DNA of 64,000 bases, taken from the NCBI GenBank assembly GCA_965248925.1, contig CBDFLE010000006.1, forward strand, positions 3,077,953-3,141,952, given 5' to 3'. Position numbers and translations under genes: made by a program. Of this stretch, positions 29,155-38,597 are shown piece by piece; the stretch's first letter is position 1; each line of letters begins with the position of its first letter. A model generated the notes under the pieces. It was not told where the DNA came from. It saw only the letters and a program-made list of their open reading frames with translations, and searched no databases. Source of the DNA: Candidatus Multivoradales bacterium. Its GTDB lineage: Bacteria > Acidobacteriota > Thermoanaerobaculia > Multivoradales > J023.

Positions 29155-29261
29155 GATTGCAACTCCTCTTCGGCAGCGGCGACAGCAGAAGTTACGCCGT
29201 TGTTACGCTTATTCTACCAAGATATGCCCGTGTCCAGCAAGTAACAACCCTGCCTTTTGCC

Positions 29262-32200
29262 CTATTCCACCTTCACCGAAGCCGACACCAGTGGCAGTTT
29301 CCAATCGTTGATCACCGTGCCTTGGGTGTCGAGGTGGCTGGCGATGAAATATAGCCGTTGGGTGTCGGGGGAGTTGCCGGCGGTTTCGAAGCGGCGTTTC
29401 AACCAATAAGGCTGGAACGCCTGATAGTACATCTTGACCTGGACGGTGAGCTGGGTCGGGTCGGTGCCCGTCGGCAGGGGGATGATGTAGCGCAGCTGGT
29501 CTTGGCCTTTGAAGCCCGGCACGCTGTCGTAGTCCGGGTCGCCGTCCACCCCTACCGGGTCGGTGGCTTCCATGAACTGTTGCAGGATCTCGCTGCTGAA
29601 GTCGTGAGCCGCTTTCCAACCCTTGGGCAATAGGCGGTTGTCTTTCAGATGGACGTCACGGTGGATGAAACTGAAGGTGACATCGTCTTCGCCGTCGAGC
29701 ACTACTTCTTCGTAGATCTGCACTTGGTCTTGACGGGTGATCGGCGGTGCGGTCGGCGGCCCGCCGTCGGGATCGGGAATGCCGTGGTAGTGGGGCTGGG
29801 CTTTGTTGTCTTCGAAGAACTCGGTGGGCAGCGGTTGTTCGCCGAGACCTTCGACGATCATGCCCACCGAGTTGGTGCGTCCCGAGGCCCAGATCACTTC
29901 ACCGCCGCGGGCGCCGTCGAGCAGCAGCAACTCCAACCAGCTGCGGCGGAAGCCGACGCCGCTGGGAAAGCGGTGGCCGACCAGGTTTTTCACCGTCACG
30001 TCGGTGGTCAACTGACCGTCCTGGACGCCGACGATCTCTACTGAAAGCTCGACCGTGTCTTGTTCGGCCTGGCGTAGCATGTTCTCGATCGCCAGCCGGT
30101 TGCCGGTCGAGGCCGAGGTCATGTAGTCGGTCTCAGCGATGCCCAAGATGGGGTCGAATTGGTCGAACATCTCCAACAAGAAGACGTTCAGGCCGACCAT
30201 CTCGTGGCGACGGTAGTCGTCGCGAAAGGGAATGGACAGATCCTCGGGCGGCAGGCTGTGGTCGACGGTGGGATAAGTGCTGTCCTGAATCGAGGCGATC
30301 TGGCTCGAAAGGGGCTCGATATCGATGGTGCCGTCGAGGCTGTGGAAGCTGTTCGGCATGTGGCAGTCCTGACAGCTCTGGAAGGTCTCCTCATCACTGG
30401 CGAAAGCGCTGTTCTGCCATTCCAGGAAAGTCGCTTGTTCGATGCTGTGCGGAAACTGAGTGAGGAACTTGGCATAGTCGACGCCATATTGCTCTTGCAG
30501 CCGATCGGCTTGGAGCTTGGCCGAGGCATCGAGGGCCGGGAACTCGAAGTCAGTCGAGTCGACATTTGGCAAGTTGATGGTGTGGCAGGTGCCGCACATC
30601 TGTGAATCGCGGATGTAGGCGTTCAACCGTGGGGTGATGCCCAAGGCATTCTCCATCGGCAGCTCTTGCACCTCGGCAAACGGGCCGTTGAGTTCGTCTG
30701 CCGGGCTGTAGGGGAATTGGCCGGTGGTCGAGGTCATCAGGAAGTTCTCGAGTTCGGTCCAATTCTTGCCCGGCGTGGGTTTGGGTGGATCGATGTGGTG
30801 GCAGATGGTGCAGCTGATGCCTTCGCGGGCCAGGTTGCCGTATTTGTGGAATTGATCGTTGAGCGGTGAGCGCTGGGCCTGGTTGAGTGGGGTGAAGGCT
30901 TGCACGTACTCGCGCTTGAAGTTGGGGTCGAGGTGGGGATCGTCCCGGGCATCGATCAGCAGCTGCCGTTGGCCCATGGCGCCGTGGCAGCTCAGGCAGG
31001 TGTTGACCACCGCGTTCTTGGCCTCGGCGAGGACCTTCTTGCTGCCGTCGAAACGCTGCGGATATTCCTCAAAGTCGCTATCGAGCATCGCCATCTCGCC
31101 AGCCAGCTGGGCAAAGAAGGCCGGGTCGCGACCGGCCAGGCCCATCGGTGACCAACGCCACTCGCCGAAAGGGGAGATGTTGTAGCCATCGCCATAGTTG
31201 GCACCGGTTTGCAGGAACATGTTGACGCCGTAAGGAGCGCCACCGAGGCCGCCGTGGCAGCCGATGCAATTGTCTGAGGTGATGAATTGCTCGGCGCCGT
31301 CGGGGCCGGCCGGCACATGGTCGGCCCACTGACCGGGGAAGCTCTCGACTTGCGAAGCGTTCTGCGGCAACCGCCCTCCCTGGCCGAGTTGGAAGTAACG
31401 CAAGAACTCGCGATTGGGCGAGTCGAGGGAGTCGGTGACCAGATTCCTGCCGTCGGGGGCGGTGGTCGCGGCACTGGAGTTGCCGTGGAAGGCGTTGAGG
31501 AAGAGCAGCGCTTCACCCTCGCCACCGGCAGGTCGTTGCTCGCTGGGCAAGTTAGTGCCCGGTGAGCTGCCGCCGACGCGCCACGAGTTGTCGACCCGGA
31601 ACTGAATGCCGCCGCCTTCTATGTTGTCGAGCGATGCGAAGGTTGACTCATCGGCGGCGGTGGCGTGGCAGCGCAAGCAGGAGGCCTGGCCGTGATCTGA
31701 ATCGCGAAACTCGAAAGGAAAGTCGTCGTTGTCGAGGGTGGCGGCGATTGCCGCTCGGTACTCATCGGCGGTCTTGCCCTCGCGGTCGACCCGACCTGGT
31801 CCGGACCAGAACCAACCGTCCTGGGTCTGGTCGTCGCGAATCATCACCGTCCAGCTGCCGATTTCCGCCTGGAGTATGGAGTCGTACTCGGCGCAGCCTG
31901 CTGCGCAGTCTGCCGGCCGGCGTTCTTCGTAGCGGGCCGCTGGCGGGTTGAACATTTCCTTGACGATCATCGAGCCCACCGGCAGCTCTCCTTGGCGATT
32001 GTTTTGCAGCCAGCGGTGGACTTCGGGCGAGTAGTAGATTCGCACCGCTGGGTGGGTACCGTAGTTGGCGCCCAAGATGAAGGGTCCGCTGTCGCGCACT
32101 TGGCGATCCCGAGCCCAGCCGAGGCGGGTGTAGGCACGCTCGTTGATCCAGGTGTAGAGCACTTGCTCGTAGTCCGCCAGCAGCATGGTGCAGGGCAGCG

Positions 32201-32345
32201 GCAGGTTGCCGCCGATTTTGATCGAGGTGTCGCAAGTAGGACTAGCAGCTGCCGCACTCACTGAAGCGGGCAGCGTCAAGAGGAAAGCAGAGGAGAGAAC
32301 GAGGGTACCCAGGGCTCGGCGTAGCGACATTGACGACACCTCCAT
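29262..32345 (-). CDS. Secreted multihaem c-type cytochrome (six CxxCH) with an N-terminal cytochrome-P460-like domain
   Basis: Signal peptide (LVLSSAFLLTLPASVSA). CLRCH, CIGCH, CLSCH, CTICH, CGTCH and CQDCH. The N-terminal THPAVRIYYSPEVHRWL...ELPVGSMIVKEMF...SWTVMIRDDQTQDGWFWSG followed by CLRCH resembles the P460 fold pattern. Start is ATG 32345 or 32330. Confidence 0.85.
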   Translation of the reverse strand: MEVSSMSLRRALGTLVLSSAFLLTLPASVSAAAASPTCDTSIKIGGNLPLPCTMLLADYEQVLYTWINERAYTRLGWARDRQVRDSGPFILGANYGTHPAVRIYYSPEVHRWLQNNRQGELPVGSMIVKEMFNPPAARYEERRPADCAAGCAEYDSILQAEIGSWTVMIRDDQTQDGWFWSGPGRVDREGKTADEYRAAIAATLDNDDFPFEFRDSDHGQASCLRCHATAADESTFASLDNIEGGGIQFRVDNSWRVGGSSPGTNLPSEQRPAGGEGEALLFLNAFHGNSSAATTAPDGRNLVTDSLDSPNREFLRYFQLGQGGRLPQNASQVESFPGQWADHVPAGPDGAEQFITSDNCIGCHGGLGGAPYGVNMFLQTGANYGDGYNISPFGEWRWSPMGLAGRDPAFFAQLAGEMAMLDSDFEEYPQRFDGSKKVLAEAKNAVVNTCLSCHGAMGQRQLLIDARDDPHLDPNFKREYVQAFTPLNQAQRSPLNDQFHKYGNLAREGISCTICHHIDPPKPTPGKNWTELENFLMTSTTGQFPYSPADELNGPFAEVQELPMENALGITPRLNAYIRDSQMCGTCHTINLPNVDSTDFEFPALDASAKLQADRLQEQYGVDYAKFLTQFPHSIEQATFLEWQNSAFASDEETFQSCQDCHMPNSFHSLDGTIDIEPLSSQIASIQDSTYPTVDHSLPPEDLSIPFRDDYRRHEMVGLNVFLLEMFDQFDPILGIAETDYMTSASTGNRLAIENMLRQAEQDTVELSVEIVGVQDGQLTTDVTVKNLVGHRFPSGVGFRRSWLELLLLDGARGGEVIWASGRTNSVGMIVEGLGEQPLPTEFFEDNKAQPHYHGIPDPDGGPPTAPPITRQDQVQIYEEVVLDGEDDVTFSFIHRDVHLKDNRLLPKGWKAAHDFSSEILQQFMEATDPVGVDGDPDYDSVPGFKGQDQLRYIIPLPTGTDPTQLTVQVKMYYQAFQPYWLKRRFETAGNSPDTQRLYFIASHLDTQGTVINDWKLPLVSASVKVE

Positions 32346-32514
32346 CCGGGCTCTCTGCCCGGTTGGCTAAGAACGGTTGGCTGGTGGATCGCGACCAGTT
32401 TGCCCGGCCATTGGAGGGTCGTCAAGAACCGCTGGATCTAGAAAAGGTTCACTCGCCGGCCGCAGCGGCCGGTTTGGGTTGCGGTGGTCGCGGACCGGAG
32501 CTGGCTTGGCTAGC

Positions 32515-33285
32515 TCAGAGCCGGTGTTTGGGGCGGCCCACCAGGCTGGTGATCACCCCGTGCAAGGTGCGGACTTCTTGATCGTTGAGGTCGGCCCGTT
32601 GGAAAAGGTTGCGCAAGTTGCGGACGATGCTTGGGCGCAACTCCTGGGTCTTGAAGAAGCCGGTGGCGTCGAGAGCGGTTTCGAGATGGTCGAAAAAGCT
32701 CGCCACTTGGGCCTGGGTGGCGGCTGGATTTCCGGCTCTCTGAAGCACTCGCGGTGGCGTTTGATCGCCGGACAGGCGCCACTCGTAGGCCAGCAACAGC
32801 ACCGCCTGGGCCAGGTTGAGTGAGCTGTAGGAAGGATTCAGCGGCACTGTGACCAGGGTGTTGGCCAGGGTCAGCTCGTCGTTGATCAAGCCGATGCGCT
32901 CGCGGCCGAACAACACCCCGACGCGGCTGCCGGCGTGGACCTGTTGGCGCATCTCGGTGGCTGCTTGGCGGGCGGTGACGACATGTTTGGCCAGGTCCCG
33001 TGGCCGCGCGGTGGTGGCATAGACCTGCTGCAAATCGGCCACCGCGCTGCGGCAATCAGGGTAGACCCGAGCCGCGTCCAAGACCCGGTCAGCGCCCGAA
33101 GCCGCTGGTCGCGCCGCCGGATTGGGCCAGGGATCGCGCGGTGCGACCAAACGTAGATCCTCCAGGCCGCAGTTGAGCATCGCCCGCGCCGCCGCACCGA
33201 TATTCTCGCCCAGCTGGGGTCCGACCAAGATGATCGCCGGCCCGGTGTCGGCGCTGGTTTGTTGGGAACTGTTGGTACCTGCCAT
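32515..33285 (-). CDS. trmJ: SpoU/TrmH-class RNA 2'-O-methyltransferase, TrmJ-like
   Basis: IILVGPQLGENIGAAARAMLNCGLEDLRLVAPRD and LVTVPLNPSYSSLNLAQAV (SPOUT knot motifs). Confidence 0.8.
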   Translation of the reverse strand: MAGTNSSQQTSADTGPAIILVGPQLGENIGAAARAMLNCGLEDLRLVAPRDPWPNPAARPAASGADRVLDAARVYPDCRSAVADLQQVYATTARPRDLAKHVVTARQAATEMRQQVHAGSRVGVLFGRERIGLINDELTLANTLVTVPLNPSYSSLNLAQAVLLLAYEWRLSGDQTPPRVLQRAGNPAATQAQVASFFDHLETALDATGFFKTQELRPSIVRNLRNLFQRADLNDQEVRTLHGVITSLVGRPKHRL

Positions 33286-33312
33286 CGGGAAGAGCCTTTC
33301 AGAGCGCGCAGG

Positions 33313-33726
33313 CTACCAGGGTGCGACGGTTTCCCAATCTTCGATGCGCAAGCCGGGAACGCGACTGAACTCGCGGGTGTTGTGGGTTACCAGCACCAAG
33401 TCGTGGGCGCGCGCGGTGGCGGCGATCAGTAGGTCGTTGGGGCCAATGAGTCTGCCTGCAAGCTCCAGGTCGGCGCGAAGGATGCCGTAGTGCTCGGCGC
33501 AGAGATCGTCGAAGGGCAGGGTGATGAGTGGCGCGAAGAAGAACTTCAAGAGGTCCAAGTTCTGCGATACCTTGGCTCCTTTTCTGGCGCCAAAGAGGAG
33601 TTCCGCCTTGACCACCGAACATAGACGGAGGTGGCTGGGTTGAGTCTGCTGGGCACGCTCGATGAGCGCTGCCGAGGAGTGGTTCAGAATGCGGATGCAG
33701 GCGTTGGTATCGAGCAGATAGGTCAC
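33313..33726 (-). CDS. vapC: PIN-domain VapC toxin
   Basis: MTYLLDTNACIRILN..., ...NDLLIAATARAHDLVLVTHNTREF. ATGA overlap with the upstream antitoxin. Confidence 0.85.
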   Translation of the reverse strand: MTYLLDTNACIRILNHSSAALIERAQQTQPSHLRLCSVVKAELLFGARKGAKVSQNLDLLKFFFAPLITLPFDDLCAEHYGILRADLELAGRLIGPNDLLIAATARAHDLVLVTHNTREFSRVPGLRIEDWETVAPW

Positions 33727-33947
33727 AGCTTCTCGCGTTGCTCGAAGGCCCCCTGGGGCGACCGTTCGAGTGGCTGGCCTTGCCAGCCGCCTACAATCCG
33801 CTCAAAGTAGTTCGCGGGCCAGCTGTCGCCGATCTGCCTCTGTACGAGATCCGCGACATAGCGCGACAGGCTCAGTCCGGCGGCCTGCGCCCGGCGGCGA
33901 ATCTTGGCTTCGATGGGCTGGGGAACGTAGAAGTGGATTTGCGCCAT
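33723..33947 (-). CDS. vapB: VapB-type (ribbon-helix-helix-like) antitoxin
   Basis: MAQIHFYVPQPIEAKIRRRAQAAGLSLSRYVADLVQRQI. ATG 33947 chosen; the longer ORF to 34094 is discounted. Confidence 0.7.
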   Translation of the reverse strand: MAQIHFYVPQPIEAKIRRRAQAAGLSLSRYVADLVQRQIGDSWPANYFERIVGGWQGQPLERSPQGAFEQREKL

Positions 33948-33962
33948 GTGATTACCTCCTCT

Positions 33963-33984
33963 GCACATACATAAAACTATGTGC
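33963..33984. promoter_or_regulatory. Inverted repeat GCACATA-N8-TATGTGC, 16 nt upstream of vapB
   Basis: Read directly. Position is typical of a TA autoregulatory operator. Confidence 0.3.
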
Positions 33985-34227
33985 TGTATTCTAGCGATCG
34001 ACGCCGAGACTGTCAAAGGCGAGGCGGCTGACCGCTGGGCGACAGACGCAGTCTGAACCGATAGAATCCATGTACCCCGCTCTAATCTGGCCACAGGGCC
34101 TGCCAGCAGGCCCCGGATACCGTTTGGACTTCACTCTTCAAGGAGACCGCCCTTGTCTGTCGAAGCATCGTATTTCTCTGCCACGACGTTGCCTGGGTCG
34201 GCCTCCCTGCGATCTCTTGTCGCCAGA

Positions 34228-36372
34228 GTGCGGAGATGCTCTGGGATGGCCGCATGTATTTGGGTGCTGATGCTGTGGCAGGTGGTGGTAGCTCCCGGCC
34301 GAGCCCAGGTGCTGAATGAGTTTGTCGCCAACCACACCGGCACCGACAGCCATGAGTTCGTCGAGGTGGCCGGCATGCCGAGCACCGATCTGTCGGCTCT
34401 GACGGTGGTGCAGATCGAGGGTGACTCAGGCAATAATCCAGGCAATCTCGATTCAGCGGAGACGGTTGGCAGCACTGATGCGGCGGGTATTTGGGTCGGC
34501 ACTTTCAGCAACAATGTGCTGCACAATGGCACCATGACCTTGCTCTTGGTAGAGGGCTACAGCGGCACCCTCGGCAGTGACCTGGATAGTAACGACGATG
34601 GCGTGCTCGACCTGGTGCCATGGACCTCGGTGATTGATTCGGTGGGGGTCGGCGATGGCGAAGCTGGCGACCACAACTACCTGGCCGACACCGTTCTGCT
34701 AGCTAATTTCGATGGTGTTTCTTTCGTTCCCGGCGGTGCCTCGCGGATCCCCAACGGCACCGATACAAATTCGGTCGCCGACTGGGCCCGCAACGACTTC
34801 AGCGGCGAGGGGCTGCCCGGTTTCAGTGGCTTCCTCGATCCAGGCGAAGCCCTCAACACTCCCGGGCTGATCAACTCCACCGCCCTGGCGCCGGGCAGCG
34901 CGCCGCGGCTCAATGAGCTGGTCGCCGATCATGTCGGGGCCGACACGGCGGAATACGTGGAGATCTTCGGCAGCCCGCTGGCCGACTATTCGTCCTTCTG
35001 GGCAGTGCTGCTCGATGCGGGCGGCACGGTCAGCAGTGCTCGCCAGTTGGGCACCACCACCGGCACCGGGCTGTGGGTTTCGGCGTTGACCGCTGGCGAG
35101 CTGCCCGATACCGCCATTAGCGTTCTACTGGTGGAGGACTGGACCGGCACGGTGGGCAGCGACCTCGACAGCGGTGACGACGGCACCCTCGACAGCCAGC
35201 CGTGGAGCATGCTGCACGACAGTCTGTCGATCGACCATGGCCTGGCCGCTGAGCAGGTCTATGGGGCGACCGTGCTGGGAGCTGGTTGGGACGGCTTGCC
35301 GGGGGCGCCGGGCGGTGTTTCGCGCTATCCCACCGGCGTCGACACTGGCAGCCCGTCGGATTGGTTGCGCAACGACTTTGATGGCACCGGGCTACCGGGA
35401 TTTCTGCAAGATATTCGGCGACCGACGCGGGCGGTAGATGGCGGTGAGGCCGAGAACACTCCTGGCCTGACCAATCTGGCGGCGGTGTTGAGCTACTACA
35501 GCAGCGCCAATCCGACCGATGCCGCCACCCTGCGCGCCTCCTTGCATGCCTTGATCGACGACCACGTTCGCCATCCTTACACCGCTGGCGATACCGACAC
35601 TTGGGACATTCTCGAGCGAGCCGACCAAGACCCCCTCGACAGCGGGCGGATCTTGACCCTCTACAAGAACGCTCCCTATCCCAAGGCCGGAGGTGGCAAT
35701 AGCGACTACAACCGTGAACACACTTGGCCGAGGACTTTCGGCTTTCCCGACAACACCGCCGACAGCTCCCCCTACACCGACACTCACCAACTGCGGCTGG
35801 CCGATATCGACTACAACTCCGACCGCGGCTCGCGGATTTTCGGCCTGTGTGATTTTGGTTGCATGGAAAACCCCAGTGACGTTTACAACGGCGAGGGTGG
35901 TGGCGTGGGCATGTATCCCGGCAACTCCAACTGGTTCACCGCCGCCGATGGTGCCGGCGGGTTGTGGCAGACCTGGGGGCACCGTCGCGGCGATGTGGCG
36001 CGGACCATGCTCTATCTCGATGTGCGCTACGCCGGCGGTAGCCACGGCGCCACCGGCTTTGCCGAGCCCGACTTGGTGCTGACCGACAATGTCGCCCTGA
36101 TCGTCGGCAGTGGCACCAACACCACCGGTACCGCCCATATGGGACTGCTGGCCACCTTACTCGCTTGGCATGCGGCGGATCCGGTGGATGCCGGCGAACG
36201 CCAGCGCAATGAGTGGGTCTATCGTTTCCAGGGCAACCGCAATCCCTTCGTCGACCATCCGGAGTGGGTGAGTTGCATCTTCGCCGGTGGGGTGTGCGAG
36301 GTCGGAGCGATCTTCGACAACGGTTTCGAAGCGGGCGACGCCGATGCATGGACGGCGTCGTTGGGCCTGTAG
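34228..36372 (+). CDS. Secreted nuclease: two lamin-tail domains (LTD) plus a C-terminal endonuclease I domain
   Basis: LTD signatures LNEFVANHTGTDSHEFVEV and LNELVADHVGADTAEYVEIFG. Endonuclease I motifs YNREHTWPRTFGF, TDTHQLRLAD and GNRNPFVDHPEW. Start is GTG 34228 (MRRCSGMAACIWVLMLW...) or ATG 34246. Confidence 0.75.
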   Translation: MRRCSGMAACIWVLMLWQVVVAPGRAQVLNEFVANHTGTDSHEFVEVAGMPSTDLSALTVVQIEGDSGNNPGNLDSAETVGSTDAAGIWVGTFSNNVLHNGTMTLLLVEGYSGTLGSDLDSNDDGVLDLVPWTSVIDSVGVGDGEAGDHNYLADTVLLANFDGVSFVPGGASRIPNGTDTNSVADWARNDFSGEGLPGFSGFLDPGEALNTPGLINSTALAPGSAPRLNELVADHVGADTAEYVEIFGSPLADYSSFWAVLLDAGGTVSSARQLGTTTGTGLWVSALTAGELPDTAISVLLVEDWTGTVGSDLDSGDDGTLDSQPWSMLHDSLSIDHGLAAEQVYGATVLGAGWDGLPGAPGGVSRYPTGVDTGSPSDWLRNDFDGTGLPGFLQDIRRPTRAVDGGEAENTPGLTNLAAVLSYYSSANPTDAATLRASLHALIDDHVRHPYTAGDTDTWDILERADQDPLDSGRILTLYKNAPYPKAGGGNSDYNREHTWPRTFGFPDNTADSSPYTDTHQLRLADIDYNSDRGSRIFGLCDFGCMENPSDVYNGEGGGVGMYPGNSNWFTAADGAGGLWQTWGHRRGDVARTMLYLDVRYAGGSHGATGFAEPDLVLTDNVALIVGSGTNTTGTAHMGLLATLLAWHAADPVDAGERQRNEWVYRFQGNRNPFVDHPEWVSCIFAGGVCEVGAIFDNGFEAGDADAWTASLGL

Positions 36373-36412
36373 CTGCTAGGGATGAATGCCCAAATCATGG
36401 AGGAGGGAACCG

Positions 36413-37600
36413 ATGAGCGAAAGAGAAAGCCAGTTTAGACCGCCGAACCGGGTGCTGATGGGGCCGGGACCGAGTGAAGTTCCAGCATCGATCCGAGCCG
36501 CCTTGGCGTGGCCGACGATAGGTCATCTCGACCCCGAGTACCTGCGCTTGATGGACGAGATAGGCGACATGTTGCGCCGTCTCTTTCGCACCGACAACCG
36601 TCTTACCCTGGCCTTGCCCGGCACTGGTACTTGCGGCATGGAGGCTGCCGTAGCCAACTTGATCGAGCCTGGCGATCGCCTGTTGGTGGTAGTGGCGGGC
36701 TATTTTGGTGGTCGCCTGGCGGAGATCGGTGAACGCTGCGGCGGCCAGGTCGAACGTCTCGAAGTGGAGTGGGGCAGCACTGCCCGACCCGAGCAGGTGC
36801 AAGCCGCTCTAGCTGCCCATCCTGATACCAAAGTGGTGGCGATCGTCCATGCTGAGACTTCCACCGGCGCCCACCAACCGCTGCAAGAGATCTCGACCCT
36901 GGTGCACGATGCTGGCGCTCTGCTGTTGGTCGATGCGGTCACGTCCCTGGGCGGGGTCGAGTTGCGAGTTGACGATTGGCGCATCGATGCTTGCTACAGC
37001 GGCACCCAGAAGTGCCTCTCCTGCCCGCCCGGTCTGTCGCCGATTACCTTTTCGCCGGCGGCGATGGAAGCTATCCAGAACCGCTCCAAGCCGGTGCAAA
37101 GCTGGTATTTGGACATGGGGTTGCTGGCTACCTACTGGGGCGAGCAGCGGGCCTATCACCACACCGGGCCGATCAACATGAGCTACGCCTTGCACGAGGC
37201 TTTGCGGGAGCTGCAGGAAGAAGGCCTCGAACAGCGCATCGCGCGCCACTCCCTGCACCACGAGGCGCTGCGAGCCGGGCTCGAGGCCCTCGGTTTGCGC
37301 TATATCGCCGAACGTTCCCTGCCGATGCTCAATGCTGTCGCCGTCCCCGAAGGGGTGGACGACGCCGCCGTGCGCGGCCGTCTTTTGGGCGAGTATGGCA
37401 TCGAGATCGGCGCCGGTTTGGGGCCGTTTGCCGGCCGCGCTTGGCGCATCGGTCTGATGGGTGCTTCGTCGAGTCGGCGCCACGTGTTGCTGGTGTTGGC
37501 GGCCCTCGAAGCGATCCTCGCCGACCAGCCGGTCGACATTATCGGCGGAGCTGCCTTGGCGGCGGCGGGCGGAGTCTACGCCCAGAAAAGTCAGCGATGA
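36413..37600 (+). CDS. Class V aminotransferase (alanine-glyoxylate / serine-pyruvate type)
   Basis: LMGPGPSEVP..., IVHAETSTGAHQP and YSGTQKCLSCPPGLSP (PLP-lysine context). Confidence 0.85.
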   Translation: MSERESQFRPPNRVLMGPGPSEVPASIRAALAWPTIGHLDPEYLRLMDEIGDMLRRLFRTDNRLTLALPGTGTCGMEAAVANLIEPGDRLLVVVAGYFGGRLAEIGERCGGQVERLEVEWGSTARPEQVQAALAAHPDTKVVAIVHAETSTGAHQPLQEISTLVHDAGALLLVDAVTSLGGVELRVDDWRIDACYSGTQKCLSCPPGLSPITFSPAAMEAIQNRSKPVQSWYLDMGLLATYWGEQRAYHHTGPINMSYALHEALRELQEEGLEQRIARHSLHHEALRAGLEALGLRYIAERSLPMLNAVAVPEGVDDAAVRGRLLGEYGIEIGAGLGPFAGRAWRIGLMGASSSRRHVLLVLAALEAILADQPVDIIGGAALAAAGGVYAQKSQR

Positions 37601-37962
37601 ACTTCGAGCTGCGACTCAAGAGAGTTTATGACCGGGCAGCGGCGGAAGACGGTTTCCGGATCCTGGTCGAGCGCTTGTGGCCGCGGGGGGTCAGCAAGGA
37701 AAAAGCGCGGCTCGACCTGTGGCTGCGCGACATCGCTCCGTCGCCCGAGCTGCGCCAGTGGTTTGCCCACGACAGCTCCAAGTGGGACCAGTTCCAGGTC
37801 CGCTATCGGGCTGAGTTGAGTTGCCGGCCAGCCTTGGTCGAGACCCTTGTCGAGCAGCTGAGTTCCGGCCCCGTCACCCTGGTCTACGCCGCTCACGGCG
37901 AGCAGACCAGTGCTCGGTTGCTGAAAGAGTACGTCGAAGCGTTGTTGACTGTAGACGGCTAG
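37597..37962 (+). CDS. DUF488 family protein
   Basis: MNFELRLKRVYDRAAAEDGFRILVERLWPRGVSKEKARLDLWLRDIAPSPELRQWF. ATGA overlap with the aminotransferase stop. Confidence 0.8.
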   Translation: MNFELRLKRVYDRAAAEDGFRILVERLWPRGVSKEKARLDLWLRDIAPSPELRQWFAHDSSKWDQFQVRYRAELSCRPALVETLVEQLSSGPVTLVYAAHGEQTSARLLKEYVEALLTVDG

Positions 37963-38135
37963 CTTTTTCGAAACGGGAAGCAACAAGCCAAACCTCAGTT
38001 TACTCTCAGAGGTCGATCGTCAAGATCTACTCCAGATGCTAACCAGCCGCCGCCGACAGGAATGGCGGCTTCAAGTGAGTTATTGGCTGGAGATGTTTTC
38101 GCAGGCTTTTCGTTACTGAACTGTCGTCGGGGTCT

Positions 38136-38534
38136 TTATCTTCGTAGAACTTCAAGTGCGACGCCGAGACATCCTAGTACTAGCAGCGAGATCAATATCG
38201 CCCCAGGAACAATTGTGATCTTGGCTTCTAGTACCATTATTGACAATAGCGTGGAAAGGCTGGCGCCACCCACCGCGCCGCCAATGATCCCCATGGCTTT
38301 GTGAGTCTTCTTGTTGCGCGACTTTAGTTGTTCCGCCCCGTGTTCGATGTGGGCCGGGGAGACGATGTCGAGGTCTTCCCGAACAGCAAGCAGGATGCTC
38401 TGTTGGGTTAGTTCGGTGCGGTACAGAATAGCTTTTTCGTCGAGCAGATCTTGAGCGGCCTCGGTAAACGGCAGTTTCTTGCTTGGATCCAGAATCCGCA
38501 AGAGTTGTTTTGTGTTACGAGGGTTGTTGGGCAC
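38136..38534 (-). CDS. Small membrane protein: helical N-terminal domain plus two C-terminal TM helices
   Basis: GTG start. N-terminal ...FTEAAQDLLDEKAILYRTELTQQSILLAVREDLDIVSPAHIEHGAEQL (histone-fold-like helix pattern; inference). C-terminal AMGIIGGAVGGASLSTLLSIMVL and IVPGAILISLLVLGCLGVAL. Confidence 0.45.
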   Translation of the reverse strand: MPNNPRNTKQLLRILDPSKKLPFTEAAQDLLDEKAILYRTELTQQSILLAVREDLDIVSPAHIEHGAEQLKSRNKKTHKAMGIIGGAVGGASLSTLLSIMVLEAKITIVPGAILISLLVLGCLGVALEVLRR

Positions 38535-38597
38535 GGGTCACCTTGGCCTTCTCTGAGTTGTTGAAATCTATAGCTTTAAGGTCATTGAGTCTCTAGG

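Noticed and set aside
34075-34082. Partial copy (CCCCGCTC) of the 12-mer that flanks the 55.9-kb VapBC cassette, located upstream of the other vapBC locus.
   Set aside because: An 8-mer match in 64 kb of GC-rich DNA is expected by chance, and there is no second copy on the other flank.
36976-37596. 5' two-thirds of the 328-aa ORF 36976-37962.
   Set aside because: It overlaps the class V aminotransferase in another frame. Only the last 122 codons, from ATG 37597 (ATGA overlap), form the DUF488 protein.
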